A stretch of DNA of 64,000 bases from positions 32,001 through 96,000 of the forward strand of contig CBDCWP010000031.1 in the NCBI GenBank assembly GCA_965223505.1. Reading direction: 5' to 3'. Positions within the stretch are counted from its first letter, which is position 1; each line of letters opens with the position of its first letter. The stretch is from Planctomycetota bacterium (GTDB lineage: Bacteria > Planctomycetota > PLA2 > JAEUHO01). The position numbers were made by a program, and so were the translations under genes. Of the stretch, positions 18,760 through 28,417 are shown piece after piece. The notes beneath the pieces were generated by a model. That model did not search any database and was not told the origin of the DNA. It worked only from the letters and a program-made list of their open reading frames with translations.

Positions 18760-21700
18760 CTACGGGCCGGGGATCCGTAGCACGATGCCCGTCGTGCCCG
18801 GCGTGACCGCCTCTTCCTTGTTCGACTTGTTCTCGCCGGTACCCGCCTGCAGGTCGTAGGGCTCGTCGATCAGACCGAGATGCTCGAAGTTGCCGTCGGC
18901 GTCGGTCTTGATCCAGCGGTACCACGTCTTGCTCTGCGCCTTCACCCAGAAGTTGGGCTTCGGGCTGCCGTCCGCCGTCTCGACACGACCCTTGATGGTC
19001 AAGCCCTCGACCAGCTCGACGGTGATGTTCTTGGCGTCGGCCGCGAACGGGCCCGCCAGCGCGTAACGGTTGTCGCCGCGTCTCATCGCGGCCACCATCC
19101 ACTTCTCGTCCTTGCCGCCGATCGTGATCGTCCAGGAACCGTCCTCCGCAGCCTTTCCGTAGACCGCCTTCTGTGGATCGCCACCCTCGCGCCAGGCCCG
19201 GATCTGGAACTTGGGCGCGTCGCTGCCGGCGCCGAGCAGCTTGCCCCGCAGCTTGACGGCCGTCGGGACGACGATCTCGACGCCCTCCGCCGGCGCGTTG
19301 ACCGTCGTCGCCGGCGGCGCCGGGCCCCCGTCCTGTCGGTTGATCATGATCTTGTAGCTGCCGCGCTGCAACCCGGCGAGCTCGAACGTCCCGTCGCTCG
19401 TCGGCTGATTCCAGCCGCCGGCGTGCGCGCCCTCCTCGGTCTGGGCGTATATCCAACACTGGGTAAACGGCTTGCCGTCCTCGCTGCGCACGACGCCCTT
19501 GACCGACACGCCTTGCTCGAACTGCAGCTCGAGGTTGTCGGTGCCGGGGCGCACGTCCTTCAGCATGATCGGCGCGAACATCTGCTTGCCGTCGACCCAA
19601 TTGCTGTTGACGGTGAGGTTCACCATCACGTCGTCAGGAATGCCGGCGATCGTGAAGGTGCCGTCGTGCGCGACCTGCGTGTTGGCGTTGCCGTAGTGGC
19701 CGTCCGCCTTCTGCCAGCTTGCGTTGGCCCAGCCGCCGGTGCCGGCCTTGCCATCCGGGCCCGTCACGCGGCCCTTGATCGTCTGACCGATCGCCAGCGT
19801 CACCACGATGCCCTTCTCGCCCGATTTCACGCTGAGGTTCTTCGGTTTGATGAACTCCTGGGGCGGCGTGATGTTGAGCGAGATCTCGCCGTCCTTCAGA
19901 CCGCCGAGCCGGAACAGCCCGTCGGCGGCCGTGCGAACGGTCATCGTTCCGTGCTGGACGTTGACGCCGGCGACCGGGTTTCCGTCGGGCCCCTTCACGA
20001 TGCCGTCGATCTCGAGCCCGGTCTCGAGCCGGATCTCGACCGGCTCGCTCGGCACGGTCTCCAGCTTGACCGACTTCGTCTGGACGTTGAGCGGCAAGCC
20101 GTCGCGCCCCTTCGCGTTCGAGACCGTGATCGTGAAGGGCGGGTTGCCCTTGACCGTTCGCCGGAAGTGTCCGTTGACGACCTCGTTCGCATTGCTTCCC
20201 GGGTAGTACATCTGCTGGTTGTTGCCGGACTGGCCCTTGCCCTTGATCGCGACGTTGCACAACGGGACCGGCTCGCCCGCACTGTCGAACACGCGACCCT
20301 CGATCGTGACGGTCTGCGGCTTCTCGTAGACGAAGGTGAGCCCGATGGCGGGCGCTTCGAACTTCTCACCGATGTTGACCTGGCCCGTCTGCGTGTGCAT
20401 CACGATCTGGACGGGTCCCTCCTTGGCGCCCTTGAACTCGAAGTGGCCGTCCTTGTCGGTCGAGGCGTGGACCCAGTTGCCGCCGCCGCCGCCCATCGGC
20501 TGCAAGTTCAGGCCGAGGTTCGGCACGCCTTTGCCGTCCTTGTCGACGATGCGCCCGCTGACCGAGACACCGGCCAGCAGCTCCACTTCGACGTCATCGC
20601 GCACTTCGCCGGCCTTCAGCGCGCCGATCGCCTGCTGTTGCTGCTTCGCGACGAAGGTCGAGGAATGGACCCAGAGGTTGTACGTGCCCGCGGGAAGGTC
20701 GACGAACTCGAACGTGTTCTCCGGACCGACCTGCTTGTAGGTCGCGTCGCCGGCGAGATGCGACTGCGGTCCCCAGACGTTGATGCTGACCGAGGAGGTG
20801 TCGCTCTCGTCGGGACGGATGACCTTGCCCCGAATCGTCGCGCCGTGCGCGAGCTTGAGCTCGAGATCGGCCGTCTCTTCGCCCTCCTTGTACGCCAACG
20901 GCGCGGACTCTCCGCCCGCGAAGCCCTTCTTCTTGGCGTAGAGAACCAGCCCATCCTTCGGTGGCAACGACCGGACGGTGAACGTCCCGTCACGGTCCGT
21001 GACAGCGAGCTCGTTGAGCTGGTTGCTGTACCAGTTCACACCCCACTGATAGGCGACCTGCGAGAAGTTGAAGTTCTTGCACAGGATCTTCGCGTCCGCC
21101 GCGGGCGCCCCGTCGGGATCGAACACGACACCCGAGACGACGCGTCCCGGGGCGAGCAGGATGTCGCGCTCGACCGTATCGCCCTTCTCCGGCATCACGA
21201 TGGTGAGTTCGGCCGGCGCACCGGTGTTCGCGTTCGGATCGTAGGCCACGGGCTGGTTGGCTGTCGGCGCGAGCTGCGGCAGGTAGTACGCGTCGTGCAT
21301 GGCCACGATCACCAAGCGCCCTTCGGCGACGCCCTCGAAGACGAAGCGTCCGTTGGCGTCCGCTTCGACGATCATCGGTGGGTAGTTGTCGACGCCCGTC
21401 GCGCTCCGGGCCTGGTAGAGCCGCACTTCCGCCTTCGCGATGCCCTCCTTGGTCTCGTTGTTCAAGACGCGGCCCGTCACGCGACCGCCGCGGACCATCG
21501 TGAGGTCGAGCTCGGTCTCGGCGCCTGCCTTGATCTCCGTCTCCTTCAGTCGCCCGTTCGCCTTGGTCAGCGTGCGTGCGAGATAGCCGTCCGCGAGAAT
21601 GCGAGCGGAGGTGATCTTCCCCTCCGGGACGCCCTCGATGCGGTAGTCGCCTGCGCCGTCGCTCACGCCCGTCAAGGTCGCGTTGCGCGTCGTCGTCGTC

Positions 21701-22629
21701 TCGCCTTCCTCGATCTCCTGCATGACGGAGATGAGGACTTCGGCGCCGACGACCGGTGTCGCCGACGTATCGGCGACCTTCCCGAAGAGCGTGCCACCCT
21801 TCTCGCCGAGCCGGATCACGAGCTCGCCCTCGTGCGGCGTCGCCGCCTTGATGCCCGTCACCTTCACGCGTCCCGGCACCGTGACCGTAAAGGAGAGCGA
21901 GCCCGACGGGACGGCATCGAATTCGAACGCGCCCGTTGTCGTGTCGCTCATCTCCACCGGCATGGCGAACCAACGCTTCTTGAGCTCCTGCGAGTACCAG
22001 GAGACGGAGAGTGCGGCGCCGACGGGCTGGTCGCCGGCGTCGACCACGCGCCCGTTCAGGCGTGAGCCGGGCAGGATGTAGATCTCGCCGCCGCCGCCCA
22101 AATTCCATTGGTTCAGCGTCACGGTATGGACCGTCGACACCTTCGGCGCTTCGGGCCACGCGCGGAAGTGATATTTGCTCGCGGCGACGTCGTCGAAACG
22201 GTAGCGACCGTCTTCGTCGGTCGTCGTCTCGGCGACCCGTCTCCAGGTCTGCGCCGGGGTCCGCAGCTGTCGAAGGTCGCGCTCGAGCCGGTAACGAGGG
22301 TTGTTGCGTATCCACGTGCGCGGGTCGCTGTAGTCGATGTCGCCTTCGTCCTCGTGCATCGTGACGCGCATGCCCGCGACGGGCTTGCCGTCCTCGTCCT
22401 TCACGAAGCCCTGGACGTGGAAGTCGCCTCCCGGTAGCGCTGCTTCTTCGGGGCTGTTGATCGCTGCGCCGGTGCCCTTGAGCCCGGGCCCTTCCTGATC
22501 GACGATCGTTTCACCCTCGTCGCCGTAGTACGCCCCGCCGCCGCCGGTGTCGGCAAACGGGTCGAGGATGAGGACGACCGCGCCGACGGCCAGGCCGAGC
22601 CCCAGAACCAGAAAGACCACCTTGCCCAT
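18760..22629 (-). CDS. Large membrane-anchored protein with tandem carboxypeptidase-regulatory-like beta-sandwich repeats
   Basis: N-terminal TM; more than 10 repeats of G.V.D..G.PV.GA.V...TD.DG.F...G; GGAGG SD. Confidence 0.85.
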   Translation of the reverse strand: MGKVVFLVLGLGLAVGAVVLILDPFADTGGGGAYYGDEGETIVDQEGPGLKGTGAAINSPEEAALPGGDFHVQGFVKDEDGKPVAGMRVTMHEDEGDIDYSDPRTWIRNNPRYRLERDLRQLRTPAQTWRRVAETTTDEDGRYRFDDVAASKYHFRAWPEAPKVSTVHTVTLNQWNLGGGGEIYILPGSRLNGRVVDAGDQPVGAALSVSWYSQELKKRWFAMPVEMSDTTTGAFEFDAVPSGSLSFTVTVPGRVKVTGIKAATPHEGELVIRLGEKGGTLFGKVADTSATPVVGAEVLISVMQEIEEGETTTTRNATLTGVSDGAGDYRIEGVPEGKITSARILADGYLARTLTKANGRLKETEIKAGAETELDLTMVRGGRVTGRVLNNETKEGIAKAEVRLYQARSATGVDNYPPMIVEADANGRFVFEGVAEGRLVIVAMHDAYYLPQLAPTANQPVAYDPNANTGAPAELTIVMPEKGDTVERDILLAPGRVVSGVVFDPDGAPAADAKILCKNFNFSQVAYQWGVNWYSNQLNELAVTDRDGTFTVRSLPPKDGLVLYAKKKGFAGGESAPLAYKEGEETADLELKLAHGATIRGKVIRPDESDTSSVSINVWGPQSHLAGDATYKQVGPENTFEFVDLPAGTYNLWVHSSTFVAKQQQQAIGALKAGEVRDDVEVELLAGVSVSGRIVDKDGKGVPNLGLNLQPMGGGGGNWVHASTDKDGHFEFKGAKEGPVQIVMHTQTGQVNIGEKFEAPAIGLTFVYEKPQTVTIEGRVFDSAGEPVPLCNVAIKGKGQSGNNQQMYYPGSNANEVVNGHFRRTVKGNPPFTITVSNAKGRDGLPLNVQTKSVKLETVPSEPVEIRLETGLEIDGIVKGPDGNPVAGVNVQHGTMTVRTAADGLFRLGGLKDGEISLNITPPQEFIKPKNLSVKSGEKGIVVTLAIGQTIKGRVTGPDGKAGTGGWANASWQKADGHYGNANTQVAHDGTFTIAGIPDDVMVNLTVNSNWVDGKQMFAPIMLKDVRPGTDNLELQFEQGVSVKGVVRSEDGKPFTQCWIYAQTEEGAHAGGWNQPTSDGTFELAGLQRGSYKIMINRQDGGPAPPATTVNAPAEGVEIVVPTAVKLRGKLLGAGSDAPKFQIRAWREGGDPQKAVYGKAAEDGSWTITIGGKDEKWMVAAMRRGDNRYALAGPFAADAKNITVELVEGLTIKGRVETADGSPKPNFWVKAQSKTWYRWIKTDADGNFEHLGLIDEPYDLQAGTGENKSNKEEAVTPGTTGIVLRIPGP

Positions 22630-22815
22630 TCACACCTCCGCGCCACCCGGTCCGGAACGATGGCGGCTTCGGGGTGCGCCCAGGCGTCCTCCCCGCCGAG
22701 CGCGGCTCCAAACCGGGGGGCTTCAGCGTACGCCCAAACGAGGGCGCGGTTTGTCAGCTGCGGGTCAGGAAACGAAAGGCGGGTGCGCTGCATCCCGGGC
22801 TGCTACGCTCCTCAG

Positions 22816-23439
22816 GTGAGTGACGCAGAGAGCCAACCCGCGGCGGACGGCCCGTCGCCGAAGCGTGACGCCGATCCGGATTTGGTGCGACTCGCCGCCG
22901 GTTTCTACGGCGTGGTCCTGCTGTTCGCGGTCGGCTACGCGCTGTTCTCCGGCAACCACGAGATCAAGAAGATCCTCGGCACCCAGATGCCGACGATCCC
23001 CGCGTTGTTGGCAGGGATCGGCGTCGGCCTGGTCATCGTCTGCGTGGTGCGAATCGGCGCAGAGGTCCTGCCTGCGGTGGACAACGCGGCGACCGCGCTC
23101 GCCGAGCTCCTCGGACCGGTCTCCCGCAAGGACGCGCTGCTCCTGGCGCTGTTCTCGGCCGTTGCCGAAGAGGTGCTGTTTCGCGGTGCGTTGTGGCACC
23201 ACCTCGGGCTCGCCGGGACGACGTGTCTGTTCGGCCTCGTTCACATCGTGCCGAGACGCAAGCTCTGGGCCTATCCGCTGTTCGCAGCGGCCGCGGGGTT
23301 GATTCTCGGTCTGTTGCGGCAAGGCACCGGCAGCGTGCTGCCGCCCATCCTCGTGCACTTCGTCGTCAACGCGCTCAACCTCGTGTGGATCGGCGCGAGG
23401 GCGTCCAAGTCCCCGGCGTCGGCGGGCGATGCCGCCTAG
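22816..23439 (+). CDS. CPBP (CAAX/Abi) family intramembrane metalloprotease
   Basis: AEEVLFRG, FGLVH, ILVHFVVN motifs; GTG start 6 nt after TACGCT. Confidence 0.88.
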   Translation: MSDAESQPAADGPSPKRDADPDLVRLAAGFYGVVLLFAVGYALFSGNHEIKKILGTQMPTIPALLAGIGVGLVIVCVVRIGAEVLPAVDNAATALAELLGPVSRKDALLLALFSAVAEEVLFRGALWHHLGLAGTTCLFGLVHIVPRRKLWAYPLFAAAAGLILGLLRQGTGSVLPPILVHFVVNALNLVWIGARASKSPASAGDAA

Positions 23440-24796
23440 CACCGCGACGACCGGGACCGACGCGCCGAAGGTGCGCCTCGTCGATCACCTTCACGTGTGT
23501 TGGCTGGCGTTCATCACGATCTTCGGCGCGGTCCCGTATCTCGTCGCGTTCGTCCTCTCGCCGGTGCTCGCGCCCTGGATGCGGCGTCGCGGAAGGACCT
23601 ATCTGTCGCAGCCGCCGTCGACGCCGGCGCCGATCCCGGACGTCGATGCGACCGCCTGGAACGGTCGGACGATCTTCGTCGTGGTGGGGGAGGCCTCGGC
23701 CGACCGGTTGGCAGCGCGCGTCGTTCGCCGCATCCTCGACCAATGCCCGGGAGTCCGCGTGCGCGGGTACGGCGGGCCGGAGTGCGCCAAAGCCGGCATG
23801 CTGGTCGACCGGGATCTCACGTCGCACGCCGTCATGGGCTTCTCCGCCGTTCTGGGCACCGTCGGCTTCTGGTGGCGGGTGTGCGCGCAAACGCTCGCGC
23901 GCTGGCGCGAGGAACGACCGGACTTGCTGCTCACCGTGGACTTCGCGGGCTTGAACGTGCGGTTGGCGCGATGGGGGCGGCAGCGCGGCGTTCGAACCGT
24001 GCATCTGGTCGCGCCGCAGCTGTGGGCGCACTCCCCGTGGCGTGCCGGCCGCTGGCGTCGCGCGGTGGACCACCTGCTGGCGATCTTTCCGTTCGAGCCG
24101 CGCTGGTTCGAGCGCTCGGGCATTCGTACGACGTACGTTGGGCATCCGCTGTTCGAAGAACCGCTCGACGAGCCGCGCACGCAACGCAGCTGGCCCGGCA
24201 CCGACGCCGTGACGGTCGAGCTCTGGCCCGGCAGCCGGCGGCGGGAGATCAACGGCCACGCGCCGTTGGTGCTGCGCGCAGCGCGGCGCATCGAGGCGCG
24301 CCTGCCGCGGGTCGAGTTCGTGGTGCGCCTGGCGGAGGACGAACACCGGGTCTGGTTCGACGAGGCGTCGAGCGGCGTGGATCGGCCCGCGCGCATTCGC
24401 TTCGCGACCGAAGCGTCCGAACACGCGCTGCCGCTCGTCGGCGCGCTCTGCGCGTCGGGGACGGCGACCGCGGAGCTGGCCGTCGAGTTGGTGCCGCTGT
24501 CGGTCTTCTACCAGACACGCCGGCGCGCACGGATCGGCGCGTGGGTCGTGCTGACGACACCGTGGTTCTGCTTGGTGAACGTCGTCGCGGGGGAAACCGT
24601 CGTCCCCGAGCGGCTGACGACGGCCAGCCGCGACGCGAACCATGTCGCCGACGATCTCCTGTCTTCGATCGCCACGGCCGACGTCTGGCGAACCACGCGC
24701 GAACGTCTCGAACGTGTTCGCGATCGGCTTGCGTCGCGCGACGTCGCGCGGCGTGCCGCGGCGATCATCTTGAGCGAGCCGGTGGGGAGCCGCTAG
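23429..24796 (+). CDS. lpxB: Lipid-A-disaccharide synthase
   Basis: VGEASAD, AVMGF, PDLLLTVDFAGLN, APQLWA, LAIFPFE, YVGHPL, PGSRRREI, SGTATAELA, VVPE. Confidence 0.88.
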   Translation: MPPSTATTGTDAPKVRLVDHLHVCWLAFITIFGAVPYLVAFVLSPVLAPWMRRRGRTYLSQPPSTPAPIPDVDATAWNGRTIFVVVGEASADRLAARVVRRILDQCPGVRVRGYGGPECAKAGMLVDRDLTSHAVMGFSAVLGTVGFWWRVCAQTLARWREERPDLLLTVDFAGLNVRLARWGRQRGVRTVHLVAPQLWAHSPWRAGRWRRAVDHLLAIFPFEPRWFERSGIRTTYVGHPLFEEPLDEPRTQRSWPGTDAVTVELWPGSRRREINGHAPLVLRAARRIEARLPRVEFVVRLAEDEHRVWFDEASSGVDRPARIRFATEASEHALPLVGALCASGTATAELAVELVPLSVFYQTRRRARIGAWVVLTTPWFCLVNVVAGETVVPERLTTASRDANHVADDLLSSIATADVWRTTRERLERVRDRLASRDVARRAAAIILSEPVGSR

Positions 24797-24808
24797 CGCG
24801 AACCGCAT

Positions 24809-27508
24809 CTAGGTCGCGCGCTTGCGCAGCCAGCCGCCCGTCGGCGTGTCGCTACGGGCCAGGTCGTGCGGCGTTCCCGAGAAGAGCAGCTTGCCGCCGC
24901 GCTCCGCAGGGCCGGGTCCGATCTCGAGCACGTGATCCGCGGCGCAGATCAGGTGCGCGTGATGCTCGACGGCCAACACGGCGTGGCCGTCGTCGACCAG
25001 GCGCCGCAGGACGTTGGCGAGGTGCCGCACGTCGTGGGGATGCAGTCCCGCGCACGGCTCGTCCAGCACGAAGAGCGTGCGCGCTCGCGACGCGCGCCCC
25101 AGCGCCGCGGCGAGTCGCAATCTCAGTGCTTCGCCTCCGGACACCTGAACCGTCGGCTCACCCAGCGCCAGATGACCCAGCCCCACGTCCGACGCGGCGC
25201 GCAGCGGTGCGGCGACGCGCGGGATGTCGTGGAAGACGGAAGCGGCGTCCTTGATCGGCAGACGCAGCGCCTGATGAATCGAGAATCCCTTTATGCGCAC
25301 GCGCAGCGTCTCGCGGTCGAAGCCCGCGCCTTCGCACACGTCACAGGCCACACGCAGTCCGGGCAGATCTCGAACCGCGGCGCCGCGAACGCCGAGTCCC
25401 TTGCAGGCCTCGCACCGGCCGCCGCGGGTGTTGGCCGAGAAGCGCGACGCGCTCCATCCCTTGGCGCGCGCATCGAGTGTGGCGGCGTACAGCTCGCGCA
25501 GCGGCGCCAGCACGCCGAGCACGCTTCCCGCCGTCGCGCGCGCGTGACGCGCGGGCGCGCCGACGGCGGTCACGACGCGCTCGAATGCGCCGGCGTCGCG
25601 CGTCGTCGCACGCGGCGAAGCCGGCGCGGCGCCTCGGGCTCGCGCGGCGAGGTCGTGCGCGACGACGTCGACGGCGAGTGTCGTCTTGCCGGCGCCGCTC
25701 ACGCCGGTCACGACCGTGAGGCCGCGACGTGGGAACGTGCAGGACAGATCGAGACTGCGGTAGCGAACGTCGTCGAACGCGACGTCGCCTTCGTCGTGCG
25801 AACGCGTCCTGCGGAGCGGCGGCAGCTGCGCGCCTCGAATCGGCGCGTCGGTCAGCGCCGCCGGCTCGGCTTGCGCGATGATGCGGCCACCGTCCTCGCC
25901 GGAGCCCGGTCCGAGCTCGATGACATGATCGGCGTGGTCCAGGGCTTCTTGATCGTGGTCGACCGAGATGACGGAGTTGCCTTCGTCGACGAGCGCACGC
26001 AGGCGGTCTCGCAGTGCTCCCCGGTCCAGCGGATGCAGTCCGACGGTGGGCTCGTCGAGCAGATAGAGCAGGCCGCTCATGCGCGCGGCGCAGGCGCTCA
26101 CGAGCTGCGCGCGCCGCAGCTCGCCGCTCGAGAGCGTACCGGCCCGCCGTTCCAGGGTCAGGTATGGCAAGCCGACGTCGGCGAGGAAGCGCAACCGCAG
26201 GCGCGCGTCTTCGAGCGCCGGCGCGGCGAGCGCCGCCGCGGCGCCGTCGAGCTCGAGTGCGTTCAACCACGCGTTCAATGCCGTTGCCGACAGCGCGCAC
26301 AGCTCCGGCAGGCTGCGGTCGGCGAGCGTGGCAGCACGCGCGTACGGCGACAGCCTGCTGCCTTCGCAGTCACCGCAGACGTCCCAGCGCGCGAGACGTG
26401 TCCAGCGGCCGTGCGCGCTGATGACGCTGAGGAGTCCGGCGCGCTTCGGACGTTTTGTTCCGTCGAGCCAGCGTCGCCGGGCGGCCGCCGGCAGGTCGCC
26501 GAGGAGATCGCGCCCCTCGAGCTCGTGCAAGGCGAGCAGCGAGTCGAGGTGTGCCTTCAGGTGTGCGCGTTCCCTGGCGGGCAGCGCCGTGCGCAGGTGA
26601 CCGGGGATGCGGCGCAGTCGCAGAGACGTCGGGAGAACGCGGTCCGGATCGAGGACCGCGACGACGCCGCGTCCCGCGCAGGTTGCACACGCGCCGGCGG
26701 CGGATTGAAACGACAGGGCGGAGGTGGAGAGTGGTGGATAGGACGTGCCGCACGGAACGCAGTGCGGCCGGTCGGCAAAGTGCTCCACGAACGCGTCGGT
26801 GCCGGGTGGATCGATCGAGGCGGTGAAGCGGTGGTCGCCGATCTGCAGCGCCTGATCGACGGAGGCCGCAAACCGATCGCGTGCGTCGGGCTTCACGATC
26901 AGTCGATCGACCACGACGTCGACGGATGTTCCGGCGGCGACCGCATCGATGTCGAGGTCGTCGATGCGGTGAACGGTGTCATCGAGACGCACGCGGACGA
27001 AGCCTTCGCGTTCGGCTGCGTGAACCGCGTCCGGTCCGTCGCCGTAGGGCGCGCTGAGCACGATGCGCGTGCGTTCCGGCCGGGCGAGAAGGGCGGCGAC
27101 GATCGTCGCGGCAGGCATGGCGGAGATGGGCCGGCGGCAGCGCGGACAGTGGGGTATCGCGGCGCGCATGAAGAGGGCGCGCAGCGCGTAGGTGATCTCG
27201 GTGACGGTACCCAGGGTCTGGCGTGCGTCCGGCGCGCGGTTGGCGAAGCCGGCGACGACGGCCGGCGGCAGGCCGTCGATGCGGTCGACGTCGGGTCGCG
27301 CGACGAGCTCGAGGTCGCGCAGCCCCCGCGCGAACGTGCCGATGAAGCGGCGGCGCGACTCGGCGCCGAGGGTGTCCATGACGAGCGAGGACTTGCCGGA
27401 TCCCGAGATGCCGCAGACGACGGTCCAGGCATGGAGCGGGAAGTCGACGTCCAGGTCCTGCAGGTTGTGGGTGCGGGCGCCGCGGACGTGGATCTTCCGT
27501 TCGGACAT
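24809..27508 (-). CDS. uvrA: UvrA-family ABC ATPase (divergent excinuclease ABC subunit A paralogue)
   Basis: GARTHNL, GISGSGKSSL, Zn-finger CxxC pairs, LSSGE, LDEPTVGLH, GVSGAGKT, GGRCEACKG, SGGE, LDEP..GLH; 899 aa. Confidence 0.88.
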   Translation of the reverse strand: MSERKIHVRGARTHNLQDLDVDFPLHAWTVVCGISGSGKSSLVMDTLGAESRRRFIGTFARGLRDLELVARPDVDRIDGLPPAVVAGFANRAPDARQTLGTVTEITYALRALFMRAAIPHCPRCRRPISAMPAATIVAALLARPERTRIVLSAPYGDGPDAVHAAEREGFVRVRLDDTVHRIDDLDIDAVAAGTSVDVVVDRLIVKPDARDRFAASVDQALQIGDHRFTASIDPPGTDAFVEHFADRPHCVPCGTSYPPLSTSALSFQSAAGACATCAGRGVVAVLDPDRVLPTSLRLRRIPGHLRTALPARERAHLKAHLDSLLALHELEGRDLLGDLPAAARRRWLDGTKRPKRAGLLSVISAHGRWTRLARWDVCGDCEGSRLSPYARAATLADRSLPELCALSATALNAWLNALELDGAAAALAAPALEDARLRLRFLADVGLPYLTLERRAGTLSSGELRRAQLVSACAARMSGLLYLLDEPTVGLHPLDRGALRDRLRALVDEGNSVISVDHDQEALDHADHVIELGPGSGEDGGRIIAQAEPAALTDAPIRGAQLPPLRRTRSHDEGDVAFDDVRYRSLDLSCTFPRRGLTVVTGVSGAGKTTLAVDVVAHDLAARARGAAPASPRATTRDAGAFERVVTAVGAPARHARATAGSVLGVLAPLRELYAATLDARAKGWSASRFSANTRGGRCEACKGLGVRGAAVRDLPGLRVACDVCEGAGFDRETLRVRIKGFSIHQALRLPIKDAASVFHDIPRVAAPLRAASDVGLGHLALGEPTVQVSGGEALRLRLAAALGRASRARTLFVLDEPCAGLHPHDVRHLANVLRRLVDDGHAVLAVEHHAHLICAADHVLEIGPGPAERGGKLLFSGTPHDLARSDTPTGGWLRKRAT

Positions 27509-27688
27509 GGCGCGCCACCGTAACCGCCGACGGGGTTCGGACGATGTTGGCTGGGGGGCCCAGAGCGAGAACACGCGAGGTCGGCGAGCGGGCCCACAGG
27601 GAGAGCACGCGAGGTCGGCCGCGGCCCGATCGCGAGACAGTGTCAGATCACCGGGTTCGCACGGCCCGCCAGTACGCTGGTTCGCCTC

Positions 27689-28417
27689 ATGACGACGCCC
27701 GCAGAGACCCCGCCGACGCGACCGCCCGAGGTGCACCGGCGGCGGCTCTCCGCCGTCTTCGGAACGCTGTTCGGCGGCGTCCTCTTCGCGGCCTGCTTCG
27801 TCCCCTGGGTCAAGGTCGATCCGGCCCAGGCCGAGCGGGTGCAGAAAGCGGTCGCCGTCGAGATCGCAGGCGTCGCCGAACCGTCGCGGGCGACCCGTGA
27901 CTTCGCGCAGGTCTTCGACACCCTCGGCAACACGTCGAGCCTGAGCGGCGTCGACCTGTTCCAGTGGTGCCGGGCGGCGCGCGGCTACCGCGACTCGATT
28001 CGAGCCGGCGAGGCAGGGCGCGCTCGCGACCTGACGCGCAAGATCGATCGCGCGCTCCTCCTCTTCGCCATCGCGCTCGCGGCCATTCCCATCGGCGGCA
28101 TGCTGCTCGGGCTCTACTTCCTGATTCACCGGTTCCGCCGCAACCGCAGCCCCGTGCTGATCCTGGCCGCCATCATCGGCGCGATCGCGATCACGATCGC
28201 CGGCGCGTACGAACGCACGATCAATCCCATTCACGAGGCCGTGCAACCCGGGCTCGGATTCCCGCTGCTGCTCGTCGGCGGCGCTGGATTCCTGCTCGTC
28301 GCCACGTTCGGCGTGACCCGGCGCAACTGGTGGCGCGTGTATCTCGGCGTCGGCGTCACGGCCGCCGGGCTGGCGCTGATGGCGTACTCGTTCCTGCAGC
28401 GGGGAACGGTGCCTTGA
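27689..28417 (+). CDS. Hypothetical membrane protein
   Basis: About 5 hydrophobic helices; its stop overlaps the next start (TTGA). Confidence 0.7.
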   Translation: MTTPAETPPTRPPEVHRRRLSAVFGTLFGGVLFAACFVPWVKVDPAQAERVQKAVAVEIAGVAEPSRATRDFAQVFDTLGNTSSLSGVDLFQWCRAARGYRDSIRAGEAGRARDLTRKIDRALLLFAIALAAIPIGGMLLGLYFLIHRFRRNRSPVLILAAIIGAIAITIAGAYERTINPIHEAVQPGLGFPLLLVGGAGFLLVATFGVTRRNWWRVYLGVGVTAAGLALMAYSFLQRGTVP

